Source: Rhynchobatus australiae (taxonomy: Eukaryota). Taken from it: a DNA stretch of 64,000 nt. The DNA lies in NCBI GenBank assembly GCA_034780895.1, contig JAUZTB010000027.1, forward strand, positions 44,217,689 through 44,281,688, written 5' to 3'. Of the stretch, positions 12,753-24,900 are shown one piece after another. The stretch's first letter is position 1. Every line of letters begins with the position of its first letter. The translations under genes and the position numbers were made by a program. Under the pieces are notes generated by a model that saw only the letters and a list, made by a program, of their open reading frames with translations, was not told the DNA's origin and searched no databases.

Positions 12753-13045
12753 GGCACGGTAGTGTAGCGGTTAGCATAACACTGTTACTGCGCCAGCGAC
12801 CCGGGTTCAATACTGGCCACTGTCTGTAAGGAGTTTGTACGTTCTCCCCGTGTCTGCGTGGGTTTCCTCCGGTTTCCTCCCACATTTCAAAGACGTACGG
12901 GTTAGGAAGTTGTGGGCGTGCTACCTTGGCGCCGGAAGAGTGGCGACACTTGCGGGCTGCCCCCAGAACACCCTACGCAAAAGATGCATTTCACTGTGTG
13001 TTTCGATGGATGTGTGACTAATAAAGATCTGATCTAATCTAATCT
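12753..13045 (+). mobile_element. Full-length V-SINE (HE1-like)
   Basis: tRNA head, V-domain core gggtttcctccgg..cctcccacatt, and tail gtgactaataaagatct with (atcta) repeats. Confidence 0.9.
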
Positions 13046-13502
13046 AGTTAATCTAATCTTAATCTTCCCATCATCCCTCACCATCTGGCTCCATTTATCA
13101 CCTACGAACCTTTACCCAACCACTCCCCCATCTGGTCCCATCTGCCCATCATTCCCTCCCCATCTATCACCAACCACCCTCTGACCTGCCACTTTTCGTA
13201 CCGGAGGTTATTGGGGATCATTCCTCTTCCCTCTCATTGCTGATACAGGGTCGTCACGCAAAACGTCGACTTACACCTTTTGCCTCCATAGATACAAGTT
13301 GGCCTTTTGATTCCTTCCAGCATTCTGTTGTATTACAGTTCCAGCAATTTTAGTCTTCCTTGTCTCTAACGGAGAATTGCAGTTCATTAAGCCTTACAGC
13401 AGCAGCTGGGAAAAATGCGACAACATAATATAAATGACAATGCAACAAGAAACGTTGAAAGTGACCGAAGAATTGTTTCATATTCATCTAATCACATAGG
13501 AG

Positions 13503-13830
13503 GCGCGGCGGTGCAGCGGGTAGAGCTGCTGCATTGCAGCTCGAGAAACTCGGATTAGATCCTGACCTTTGGTGATGAGTCGGTGTTGACGCATCCCTGT
13601 GACTGCGTGAGGTGCTCCAGTTTCATTCCACATTTAATGCACGTGTGTTTACTGGGTTAATTGCCCAGGATAAGAAGCCCCTATGGGATACGTGAGCAAT
13701 AGAATCAGGGCGGGATAAAGTTGAAGGGAATGTGAAGAGCAAAGTTTACAGTGCAAATTATTGAGGATGGGGATTACTCTGTAAACTTGTTTCAAGGACC
13801 CCGATAATTGAAATGGCCTCCTTCTACACG
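13503..13830 (+). mobile_element. Older degenerate V-SINE
   Basis: Decayed tRNA head and gtgctccagtttcattcccaca core. Confidence 0.6.
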
Positions 13831-14135
13831 GCAGCTCTGTGGCTCGGCTTGAGGTGCTCTGCCTTGCATTTTCTGAATCCGGGCGCACTTTATGCGGAGC
13901 GTGCATGTCCTTCCCCTCCGTCTGGGCTTCCCCTCTGTTGCTCCGCTTTCTTCCCATGTCTCACAGAGATGTGATTGTTGTTTTGATTGGCTACTGTGAA
14001 TTATCTATCTGAGTAGGTAAGTAGCAGAAAGCATCATGGAGTTTTCATGATCCTATGCTGAAGAGAATTGATTGCAGAGGTATATAAGGACAGTCGTGAG
14101 TGTACACAGAGTAATGTAAGGGGCTGAGAATACAA

Positions 14136-14345
14136 CCTTACGGGGCACTGGTGTTAATGATAATTGTACAGGAGGTGTTACTGCCTATCCTTATTGATTG
14201 CGGTCTGTTGGTCAGGAAGTCGAAGATCCAGTTACAAAGTGNNNNNNNNNNNNNNNNNNNNNNNNNNNNNNNNNNNNNNNNNNNNNNNNNNNNNNNNNNN
14301 NNNNNNNNNNNNNNNGGAGTTATGGTCGATAAATAGGAATCAATA
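14136..14345 (-). mobile_element. Non-LTR retrotransposon RT fragment (Rex1/L2-like)
   Basis: [33 protein letters not shown] is typical of the RT region before the QG motif. Confidence 0.75.
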
Positions 14346-17300
14346 AACAAACGTCTATTTATTGTGTGGACGTAGCAGAGACAAATAGATATTCCGTTAT
14401 ATCATGATCTCCCAGCTGGGATATTCTCAGTTTACGAGTCCTGTTATTTTTGGGGGTCTACAATCATCAGTCTAAGATCGTTCAGTTCTTCCTTGCTGAT
14501 CTACAGTTTATTATGTATTCATTAATTTTGTCTGCAACCATATGACCCTCCCACCCCCACCGGTATAAATGCATTCCTTCACAGTTCCCTGGTAAATAAA
14601 ATTTATCATGTATTGTCTGGCAAACTACTGAGTTGAGGTCTTCCTGGCATAGAGAGATTTCTGCCTGGCTATCAACAACACAGCAGTTTTTTTTGTCCGA
14701 GATAATCACATTCCTTACAATCAAATTATTCAAAAAGACACAAAATGCAAGATTATTATGCTGACTTTATGAAACTCCATTGAGCGCAGTCCACTACTCA
14801 TCTTTTGTTCCTCCTCCCTCTCCCCTGACAAGAAAGTTGGTGGAGTTGTAGATAGCCATGAAGTTCGTCATTGGATGCAAAAGAGTATATATCAGTTGGA
14901 AATCTAGGCGGAGAAATGGCAGATAGAGGCATTTGTTACAGACAGTGATCGGCGCTTGAAACGCGCTCCCAGTCCAAGTGGTGGAAGAAGATACGATAGC
15001 AACGTTGAAGGGGCATTTAGACAGGCACGTGAACAGGCATGGAATATAGGGATGCAGGCCATGTGCACATATGGGTTTAGTTTAATTTGGCATCAGGATC
15101 GGCCTGCTACTGTGCTGTACTTTTGTATGTTCTATGGAGCAATTTCTGTGACAAATTGTGATTTTGTTTGGATTCCATCGGGAATTACTTCCTTGATCAA
15201 TCTGCTGTATAGACCGATATCAGATACCTTGCTAACTGCATCACTCTCATCGGCCTAGTGATCCTTAGCGGAAGTAGGCCTGACTCCACCTCCCTGTCTT
15301 ACCCTGCCATTAAATTAGGTTCCAGTTGTTGCAATCTGCGTCTCAGCCCGACTATCCAGCTCTCTCTCCAGAGCCCTTGAATGCCTCGAAATTCAAAATT
15401 GTCTCCGACCCAACTCTTGAGTATTCCCAATGCAGTAATTATGATGTACAAACGGATATTANNNNNNNNNNGGTCCGCGCTTATTGACGTGGACTAATAT
15501 ATTCACTAACTCTGTCTCCAGGGTTCTCTGGGGAAGGTAATTCCTGCTGCCTATTCCAGTGACTTTTGAAATTTGAGCATGGCCAAGATCTTCCCATTCG
15601 TGATGCCTCTTCGTGGCCGATTCTGATAGGAATTCCTGTTTCTATGCAAGTGCAAGTAGAAAACTGGTATCAGAGCAAAAAAAGACGGGACATCAATTCC
15701 ATACGACAACACTGAATGCACTTCGGACGTTTCTGAGCACGGAGGTGTTCGTCTTCTTTTCATAGATTAAACAATGTGAATATGCATGCAGCTTTAAAAT
15801 ACGCATGACATATATTCAGAAAAGGAAATACACTGAGCCATTATGTATATTGCAAATGTCATGCGACTGTGGATCCCGATGTGCAAAAACTTAGATATTT
15901 TTACATATGATCAGTGATGAATAATTATTATATATAAAAAATACGCTGCATAACGGGGGTTTAACCAACTCTATGTGCAAGCAGGCGAATAAAAAGGGCA
16001 AACAAGTACTTAAGAAAGCATTGTGGTAACATATGAAAACAAACTAGAATAAAGCATGCATTTTGAAGCAAGTATCGACTCATTCTCAATTATATAAATA
16101 AAAACATTCGTGTGCCAGATCTGACAATGAATTTCCATTGAATTTCAACATTTGGTGCTGTTATAATTACATGTAAGCATGCAATTTCAAGCATCTACTG
16201 TTATTCAACACTGGATATATTTTTAGCTTGTTCTGAGCAGTGTTAAATTTCCATCCAGCATGTTACCGCTTCGAGCTGAATGTCTGAACCATATCCTCTA
16301 CGTATCTCAAATAAAACGCTACGTATCGGAAACATTTGGAGATAGATGCGTGTAACTATAAAAAAACATACAAGTTGAATTTACCAGCTAAACTCCTAAA
16401 AATTTTAATTCCTTTCAATGTTTTCGTTTGAATAGCTACTAAATCAAACTATATCGCCTTGTTTTTAACTTAACGAATGGAATTTTTATTAGTGCGTGTG
16501 AAGCAGACTGAAACATGATGGCTGAGAAACAAGTGGACATGAGCTTGTACTTTGCAGGTCCTATCATTCAGTTTAAATCTTTTAATTCTTGTTGAATCCA
16601 GAAATTACTAAGTCGTTTTGAAAAGACAAAATGTAATTATCTTCCTCTTTCTGAATTTTATTGAAGAAATAACAGAATTAAAAAGGGGATGAAAAATATC
16701 CCCTTTACGTGTATATATTTATTGNNNNNNNNNNNNNNNNNNNNNNNNNNNNNNNNNNNNNNNNNNNNNNNNNNNNNNNNNNNNNNNNNNNNNNNNNNNN
16801 NNNNNNNNNNNNNNNNNNNNNNNNATTTATTGACAAAATAACGGCATAAGGTTTGGACTATTGCAAACATAATGCAAGAAAAATTTCAGAAACGAAATTT
16901 GGTACATATCTGGTACATATCCTGGCCTTCGGGGACAAAAGCGGGAGAACGGACTATTATGCAGCTGCTTTAAAATGGCAATACACTCAGATGGACTGCA
17001 CAACTTTCTTCAATGTTTTAAGAGTTCGCAGTGCTACGCAGGCACGGGGGTGGGTGGGTATTTGGAATCTGTTTAACAGTCGGACCCTGGAGAAATCTGT
17101 CCACTGAAGACAACCCACTCTGTGTCGCAGAGGTAATTGGAGTGAACGTCAGAATGTATTAACTCATGTAAAGGCGAAAAGAATTTCAGCTTCTCTGGTT
17201 AGAAGTAAGGGCCAATCGATGATTTGCATGACATCATATATAATCGGTTTTATTTAGTTAATGTATGCCGATACCTATATACAACAAGGTTCAAAACTTA

Positions 17301-17499
17301 GCATGTTACCAAGAGGATAAAGATTTGTCATCAGTTGTATATTCTTTATGTCAAATCATATCAATAGAAACAGCTTTGAATAACATTGCAAACAATAAAC
17401 ATCAACGCCCTTCACACAAATAACAGGGTAAGATCTATGTGTAGTATTGCTTGGTATACTTGCTGGTGGGGTCCGAAAAATAATAATGCGATTAGTGGA

Positions 17500-18720
17500 A
17501 TCAACATGGATTTCTGAAAAGGAAATCAGATTTGACATATATTTGGACGTTTAGGGGACCACAACAAGCAGAATGGATATGGGAAACCCCTTGTTATGGA
17601 ATATTAATAAATTATATAAGACCTTCAAAAAGTTGACAGACAAGGAAGCATCAGAGAATATCGGAGTACTGTCAGACATTGAGGGCATGGTATAAGGATT
17701 TGTTAACGGACAGAAAATTTAGCATAGAAATAGAATGGATATTTTGGGTTAGAGTCTGGAGAAATTGGTACATTGTTTTCAATCTATGTCAGTGACTTGG
17801 ATGAAGAAATTGAGAGTAATGTACAGTATCCACATTTGCTATGACACTTAACCTAGCTGGCAACGTGATCACCGAGAAGGGTGCGGAGATGCTGTAGGTG
17901 ATATAGAGATGGTTAACGAATTAGTCANNNNNNNNNNNNNNNNNNNNNNNNNNNNNNNNNNNNNNNNNNNNNNNNNNNNNNNNNNNNNNNNNNNNNNNNN
18001 NNNNNNNNNNNNNNNNNNNNNNNNNNNNNNNNNNNNNNNNNNNNNNNNNNNNNNNNNNNNNNNNNNNNNNNNNNNNNNNNNNNNNNNNNNNNNNNNNNNN
18101 NNNNNNNNNNNNNNNNNNNNNNNNNNNNNNNNNNNNNNNNNNNNNNNNNNNNNNNNNNNNNNNNNNNNNNNNNNNNNNNNNNNNNNNNNNNNNNNNNNNN
18201 NNNNNNNNNNNNNNNNNNNNNNNNNNNNNNNNNNNNNNNNNNNNNNNNNNNNNNNNNNNNNNNNNNNNNNNNNNNNNNNNNNNNNNNNNNNNNNNNNNNN
18301 NNNNNNNNNNNNNNNNNNNNNNNNNNNNNNNNNNNNNNNNNNNNNNNNNNNNNNNNNNNNNNNNNNNNNNNNNNNNNNNNNNNNNNNNNNNNNNNNNNNN
18401 NNNNNNNNNNNNNNNNNNNNNNNNNNNNNNNNNNNNNNNNNNNNNNNNNNNNNNNNNNNNNNNNNNNNNAGGAAAGAGGTAAGAAGAAATTTATTCATCG
18501 ATAAAGTAATTAATCTGTGGCGTCCAGCATCCTAATGGAGTTATGAAAGTGCACTCACTGAGTATATTCACGACAGGGATTGACAGCTATATATTGATAT
18601 TAAGGGAATCAAGGTCATGATTTGTAGAGGAATGTGGCAGTGAGTTGAAAGATCTGCCATGACCATATTTAGTGGTGGGGAAGGCAAGAGGAGAGAATAG
18701 CCGTCTCCTGCTTCGAAATT
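17500..18720 (+). mobile_element. Old CR1-like LINE fragment just 3' of gene B stop
   Basis: Decayed CR1 RT and 3' motifs on both sides of the N gap. Confidence 0.6.
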
Positions 18721-18782
18721 CACATGAGAGCGAAACGCGATTGAAACACACCAAGGATGTGCCTTCCAGAACTGAAGTCCTA

Positions 18783-18953
18783 CTAATAATTTAAAATTGC
18801 TTCTGAGTAGAGAGCTTCAGTTGCTCTGCTGAGATTTTTTGTTTTCACCTCGGCATATTCGGTGTTTGAACTGCATTTTTTCCTGTTCTCCTTCCTAGTC
18901 AGCGCCAAGGTCGCGTATGACAGCTCCTCACTGTTTGAGTTCCCTTGCACTTT
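18783..18953 (-). CDS. Gene B terminal exon with ITIM (LSYATL) and ITSM-like (TEYAEV)
   Basis: KVQGNSNSEELSYATLALTRKENRKKCSSNTEYAEVKTKNLSRATEALYSEAILNY*; acceptor ctttacag. Confidence 0.85.
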   Translation of the reverse strand, partial: KVQGNSNSEELSYATLALTRKENRKKCSSNTEYAEVKTKNLSRATEALYSEAILNY

Positions 18954-21900
18954 CTGTAAAGACAATTTTGAAAATATCGTAAATTGGTTGTTTTGCTTGT
19001 TTTGGGTATTGCTGTTAAAATCTCAGGCCAGACAATTAACATTAACTATCAAGGTGTTTTCTTTCGCTCCGATCTGTTCCTCAGCCTCACCTGACCGGAT
19101 GCATGTGTCTCGTCATAATGTTTTCGTCTTGAAACATTCCTGGATCTGTTGAAATCTACAGCAGCATAATGTGCCATCCTATTCTCCTCTCCCTGTGAGG
19201 TTGGGCAAGAAAATAAGTCAGTTGTTTATTCGGCTAATTCATTATTTCATTTGTTTCAGTGTCGCCTTCATTTGTTGAATAGATTGCCCTGACCTAGAGA
19301 TCAAGTGCACGAATTAAGATTTAAATATGTAGATGCAATTGCAAATATCATAGCTCTATGGCCATCACATTAATATATTTAAACCTGTAATTTCACTTTA
19401 CTGTGGAATTTTTTCAAGGATTGACAATATCAAAACCTAAAGTGTTTAACAACTAACAGATAAACTTACAAATAGTTTCTATCGTAATACCTTTTCAATT
19501 GTTTATTCTGCCATTAAACACTTACAAAAACTGATGCCGAGAATATTTTTAATCATGATTTGAATACGTCACTATGACTGGACAAATACTTATGGTAGAC
19601 ATACGTAATGGTTCTCGCACTCCATATGTTATCATTCTTGACATTTGCAAAATAGGTCAATATGAATGAATGAAGGAACCTACCAGCTCTTGGCAGCCAT
19701 TCGTTTCCATTCCACCTTCCCCTTCATCTTGAAATAAAGTAAATTTAATTTAATTAAAACTTTGAAATATTTTCGAAGGGCAGATATTCTAAAAATATTT
19801 GTGTACCCAGAAGAGAGCTGCAAATTTTTTCCAGTTTCGGATTACGACCACAATATTATTTATCCCAAAGTATTTTGTTTTGTATTTGCAAATGAGAGCA
19901 GGATTCATTTACACCCAGTAGTATATAAGCCCAGTGCCATGTTTGATGACCTGATCATTCAGCATTTTCTTCTTCCGATAGCGAAGGTTTGCAGCTGTAC
20001 TTAAAGCAGTGCTCAATTAGATCAACAATGTTTATCATCACATTGCACAGTTCCCATATGCAGAAGGTGATTCACCTTTTCCGCTGTCTCATCGTGGATC
20101 GTTATTGTGGGAGCTTGGGGTTGGGTAATGGTTGGAAGCAAGATTATGGTTGAGTGTTTTTTTTTAAATTTTGCAGATACCTTCAGATCTATTTTGTTTA
20201 AAAATTAGAAAATAGAGCAGTACAGTTTCGGAAGATCTTGTGAAAAAGGTAATGATAACTTGGAGTATGGCCTTCAAATGCACACGTACNNNNNNNNNNN
20301 NNNNNNNNNNNNNNNNNNNNNNNNNNNNNNNNNNNNNNNNNNNNNNNNNNNNNNNNNNNNNNNNNNNNNNNNNNNNNNNNNNNNNNNNNTGGCCTTCAAA
20401 TGCACACGTACGCAAGTATCATCTGCAGAGTACAGCTGTATGACAATATTTGTGGTAGCCTTGTTCCGTGTGTGGATTAGATAAATGTTGAATGTTTTAA
20501 CTTATGTATTAGCTGCACTTGAAGCGTGAGGTTGTCTGAAATAAGATGCAATATTGCAGCACGAAAGATTGAGAGAAGTTTTGGAGCGATGATATGCGCT
20601 TCCTTCGTCCCAATATGAATTGCGTCGATCTGTGATTAATGCATTGACCAATATTTTAGTTCCCATATCATCATGTTACGTGGCGGGAATGGAGACAATT
20701 TTCTGAGGTGAGTCAGAACCGAGAAGGCTTCTCCAGAATACTTGAAATTCCACAGAGTTAGTGGCTGTGTAAATTTGTAAGAGATAAATATTTGCAGCTG
20801 ATGTTCCCTGTATTTTCTTGGTGTTGTGCTGTCGTGAACATTGTAGCCTTTGTACCTTATGATGAACAGAATTTGAACTGAGATTTGGAGTTCAGCCTCT
20901 GAGTGGTGACATTTCAAGAGGAACCGTTCAATGACTTTCCCTTGGCAAACAGACCGGACTGTCGCCGTTACCACAGTTAGATTTGTCTCCGTCTTTAGAT
21001 AACACTTACAAGTAAAGTGTGTCTAATGTCTCTTAATGTTCAGTTGGTCAGCAGCAACATGCTGACAGCACGGAATCGGCTAGCATACTGTGGGATGTGA
21101 GGAATCACATTCACATCAAGGGTAGAGTCTCAGTTCAAAAGTATTGCAGAATACTTCTATTAGCCCACTCTGACGCCTATGTTATCTTTGATAATCCTCT
21201 CTTCTTCCCATTCTTATACCGCAACGGAGAGTCAAAGAGTTTTACAGCATAGAAACAGGCCTTTCAACACACCATATGCATTCCGTTCTTTCTGCCCGTC
21301 TATAATCATCCATTTGGATGTTTCCTTCAAGGCCTTGCCTACCTAAGTGTCTGTCTAAATGTATTTTAAACACCGCAATTATATCTTATTCCGCTGTCTC
21401 AGTGGATCAGAAAATGGAGATAGATAATGAGACGTTATTCCATGATGCCACCGGACATTTCCGTTGCAATGTTCATAAAACGATCATAATCTTGGAAGAC
21501 TTTCTGTCCTTACAATTCCTTTGGAACAATTAACCGGGCATCAACGCCGGAAACAATTCACCTTCACGTTCCTGGGCATTATACAAACCAGATGAATTTA
21601 TCCTACAATCGAGTGTTTACTCCAGAACTTACCTTCAATTTTCCGCCGTCGGAATCGCATCCCAAAGATAACCATTAAGATTACAATCACCAATCCAACC
21701 ACTGCACCACAAGGAGCGAGGACGCGATAGAAAAAGTTGCCAGAACCTGCAAGGTTATTCGGAATATATGTTATAGTGCGTTTTCGGTAAAATATGTTAC
21801 AAGTATATTTTGCGAGTGGGAGGGAAATGGGGAAGTGCATTATTTTTAAACTTCCCCTGCAGAGAAGAGTGGATAGCGAAAACAAGTTAAATCGAGAACA

Positions 21901-24900
21901 TATCACTATAAGCAAATCGCACTCGAAGTAGTTTCTTCATTGCACAGATGTATATGCTGAATTAATTTGCGAAACAATCTGTTGGTTTATGAACATCAAA
22001 AAGTTGTGTTGCAAGAGGTAGGTGGTAAGTAAAATAGTGTTTGTCAATTTGAAATGGCAGAAAGAGTTGTTTTTCTTATGTTTACTAAGGGATTAAAATA
22101 TACTTTAATGAATGGAGTGCTATCGCATGTTAAAAATGGGGGTAAAAGTGTAATCAGCAGGTAGGGAGAAGATAATGCAGAATAGCACGAAGTTTTACAT
22201 CTGTGTATCGCAAATAAAAACACGGCATGGAAGCAAACTGTATTAAACTGGTATTGTGCGAGATCTTAGCTGAAGCTCACAGGAATTCCCAAAACAAATT
22301 GAAAATGAACGCTATTCTCTCGATGTTCCCAATGATATTCAGAGGGACCACGTTCGCAATCATGCACAAAAAAGCACATGTATGCCTGCGCATCCAACAA
22401 GGAATGGTTACCATTGGCAACTGAATAGGAGACAGCGGCTGGAGTCTTGAGAGAGACGTGAGATACCATGCAGGTATAATTGTCGTCGCTGTGGAATGGC
22501 TGCGTGGAGGTCANNNNNNNNNNNNNNNNNNNNNNNNNNNNNNNNNNNNNNNNNNNNNNNNNNNNNNNNNNNNNNNNNNNNNNNNNNNNNNNNNNNNNNN
22601 NNNNNNNNNNNNNTATTACATACAAAAAATATGATTTCATGTATTTTTGCATTCAGGAATTTAAAAAATCAATCATTTCATAATTGTTTCTGATGCAGAT
22701 ACCATCATTATTTTCGGTAACGTCTGCCATTTTGTACTGAAGTTAACTGTGCACATTGGTGCGTCGTTCTCGAAAGAAGTAGGGCCTTAAATATTAACAG
22801 CCTGGACCACAAATGATACCTGGGGTAATACCTCCGCCCACCTGGGAAACCAGAACAGAGCGAGCTATAAACCAATAATCCCCTACTGTGTCGCATTTGC
22901 CCATAAGAAGGTGGATTTAGAAGCTGACGTGGGCTCTTGGTTCTCCCGTAAAGACACCATAAAACATGAATAAATTCCACAGCTTATAAAATACAACGAC
23001 AGAGAAGCGAAACAACCGCTCTTTGTTTTAACAAATTAAAACACGTTGGACTATTGCAGGCAATAGGTGGTAATATATTCCCGTTATTTCGTTATGGAAA
23101 GCCTGAATACACTTTTCCGCGAGTATGCCTCTATTAAATTGTATTCCCGGCAATCTACGTGAAGACCCTCCACATGCAAATTTAAAGATAGGTGTCTGAA
23201 ATTTATGGCGTGTATAGTTCACACGTTGGTCGCCTTTTGAAGCAGATTGGGTGGAAATGACGGGACTGAGGAGGGAGTTGTGAATATGCAAATGGTTGTA
23301 AACAGCCCGCTTCGACTCAGACTGTGTCACTTGTAAAGAATTGGAAACTTCATGCAATCCTTCGCTCTTCTACCGTGTAGCCAAATATTCTCCTTTACCA
23401 TTTTCATACCAAACAACTTTTAAATTTCACGTGTAAAGCTCAACCTTTCACAGCTAAGTGTCAAAGCTACAGACGAGTTGTAGAGGCGTAGAATCAAACA
23501 GCAAGGTATCAGGCCCTTTATCCCATGTAATCTGTGCCAACAATTAAGCGCCCATTATCCTTATACCGTTGGATTCTCCCCTTATTTCCATCAGCGCCTA
23601 CATTCATAATGAATATTTTCCGGTGGCTGATAAAATTACCAATCCGCTCATCTTTAGGATGTGGGTGGAAACCGTAATACCCAAGGAACCCCACAAGGTC
23701 ACATGGAGAACGTGCAAACTGCACAGAGACAGAACCGGATTGAATTCACCAGATGCTGGACCACTTGTACCTATGCTATTGCGCACTCATAGGTTATACC
23801 ACTGTGCCGTCCTAACAGTGTCACTGTGTCGTCGAGATTCTCTGGGATGCCCCGGAAAAAAAACTCAGTCGAGTTGGGTCTGCTGTGGAATATTTCTTTT
23901 AGTGGGTTTTGGTAAAGTATCTGATAAGTGTTCTATGCGGTTGTGAGGGAAAGATGCATTCTGAAAAAGTGCCCAGTAGAAAAGAGTGAACAGCGAAAAC
24001 AAAACAAATGAGTACATACTATTTACATACAAATACTATTCGAAGTAGTTCATCATTGCATGGATGAGGCATGCAGCATTGACTTGCGGAACAATGTGGC
24101 GGTTTATGGAAGGCAAAAGGTTGTGTAGCAAGAGATAGGTGAGGATGTATGGTGGTGGTGGTGGGTAAGAAAATTAAATTGAAATGGCAGAAGTTATTTT
24201 GATTCTTACGTTTATTAACGAATTGAACTACAGTTTGATGAGTGGAGTGGTTACCAATTATAAAATGGAAATAAAAATAAGCATAATTAATAAACAGGAA
24301 GAACATAACCCACAACAAAAAAATCGTTTTTAACATTTGCGAAAAAGCAAATAAAAACAAAATATGGAAGCCAGCTACCTTCAACTGACAACACGTGCTT
24401 TGCGCGAGCTCATTGCTAAACCTCAAAACAATTTGAAAATTAATTAAATGCTTTTCTTATATTCCCAAAGAAATTCAGATGGGTCGCGTTTGCAATTATG
24501 AATAAGAAAACAATATGTACCATGTATTTCTGCGTATTTAACAAGGAATGGTTCACATTGTTTGCCTTTTGATATCCTACCTTGGTTAGCAATTGAATAG
24601 GAGACAGCGGCTGGAGTCTTGAGAGACACATGAGATACCATGCAGGTATAATTGTCGTCGCTGTGGAATGGCTGCGTGGAGGTCAAGGAGATGGAAGCTA
24701 CATAGAGTCCCTCGGTATTCTTCGCTTTATTCACTTGTGTGCCCAATGTTATTTCCACTCCATTCTTATACCAAGTAAGGAGGAAGTTCTCCGGATAAAA
24801 CGCCGCTGTTTCACACACGAGAATATGGGCTGTAGACTGATTCCCTTCAGTGGTCTTCTGGAAAATTCTTAGTGGGGTTGGGACCGCTAAAGAACAGGGA

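Noticed and set aside
20268-20412. Short direct repeats flanking N gaps (also 2171/2286, 16718/16825, 50628/50742)
   Set aside because: Typical contig-overlap artifacts, not biological repeats or a CRISPR-like array.
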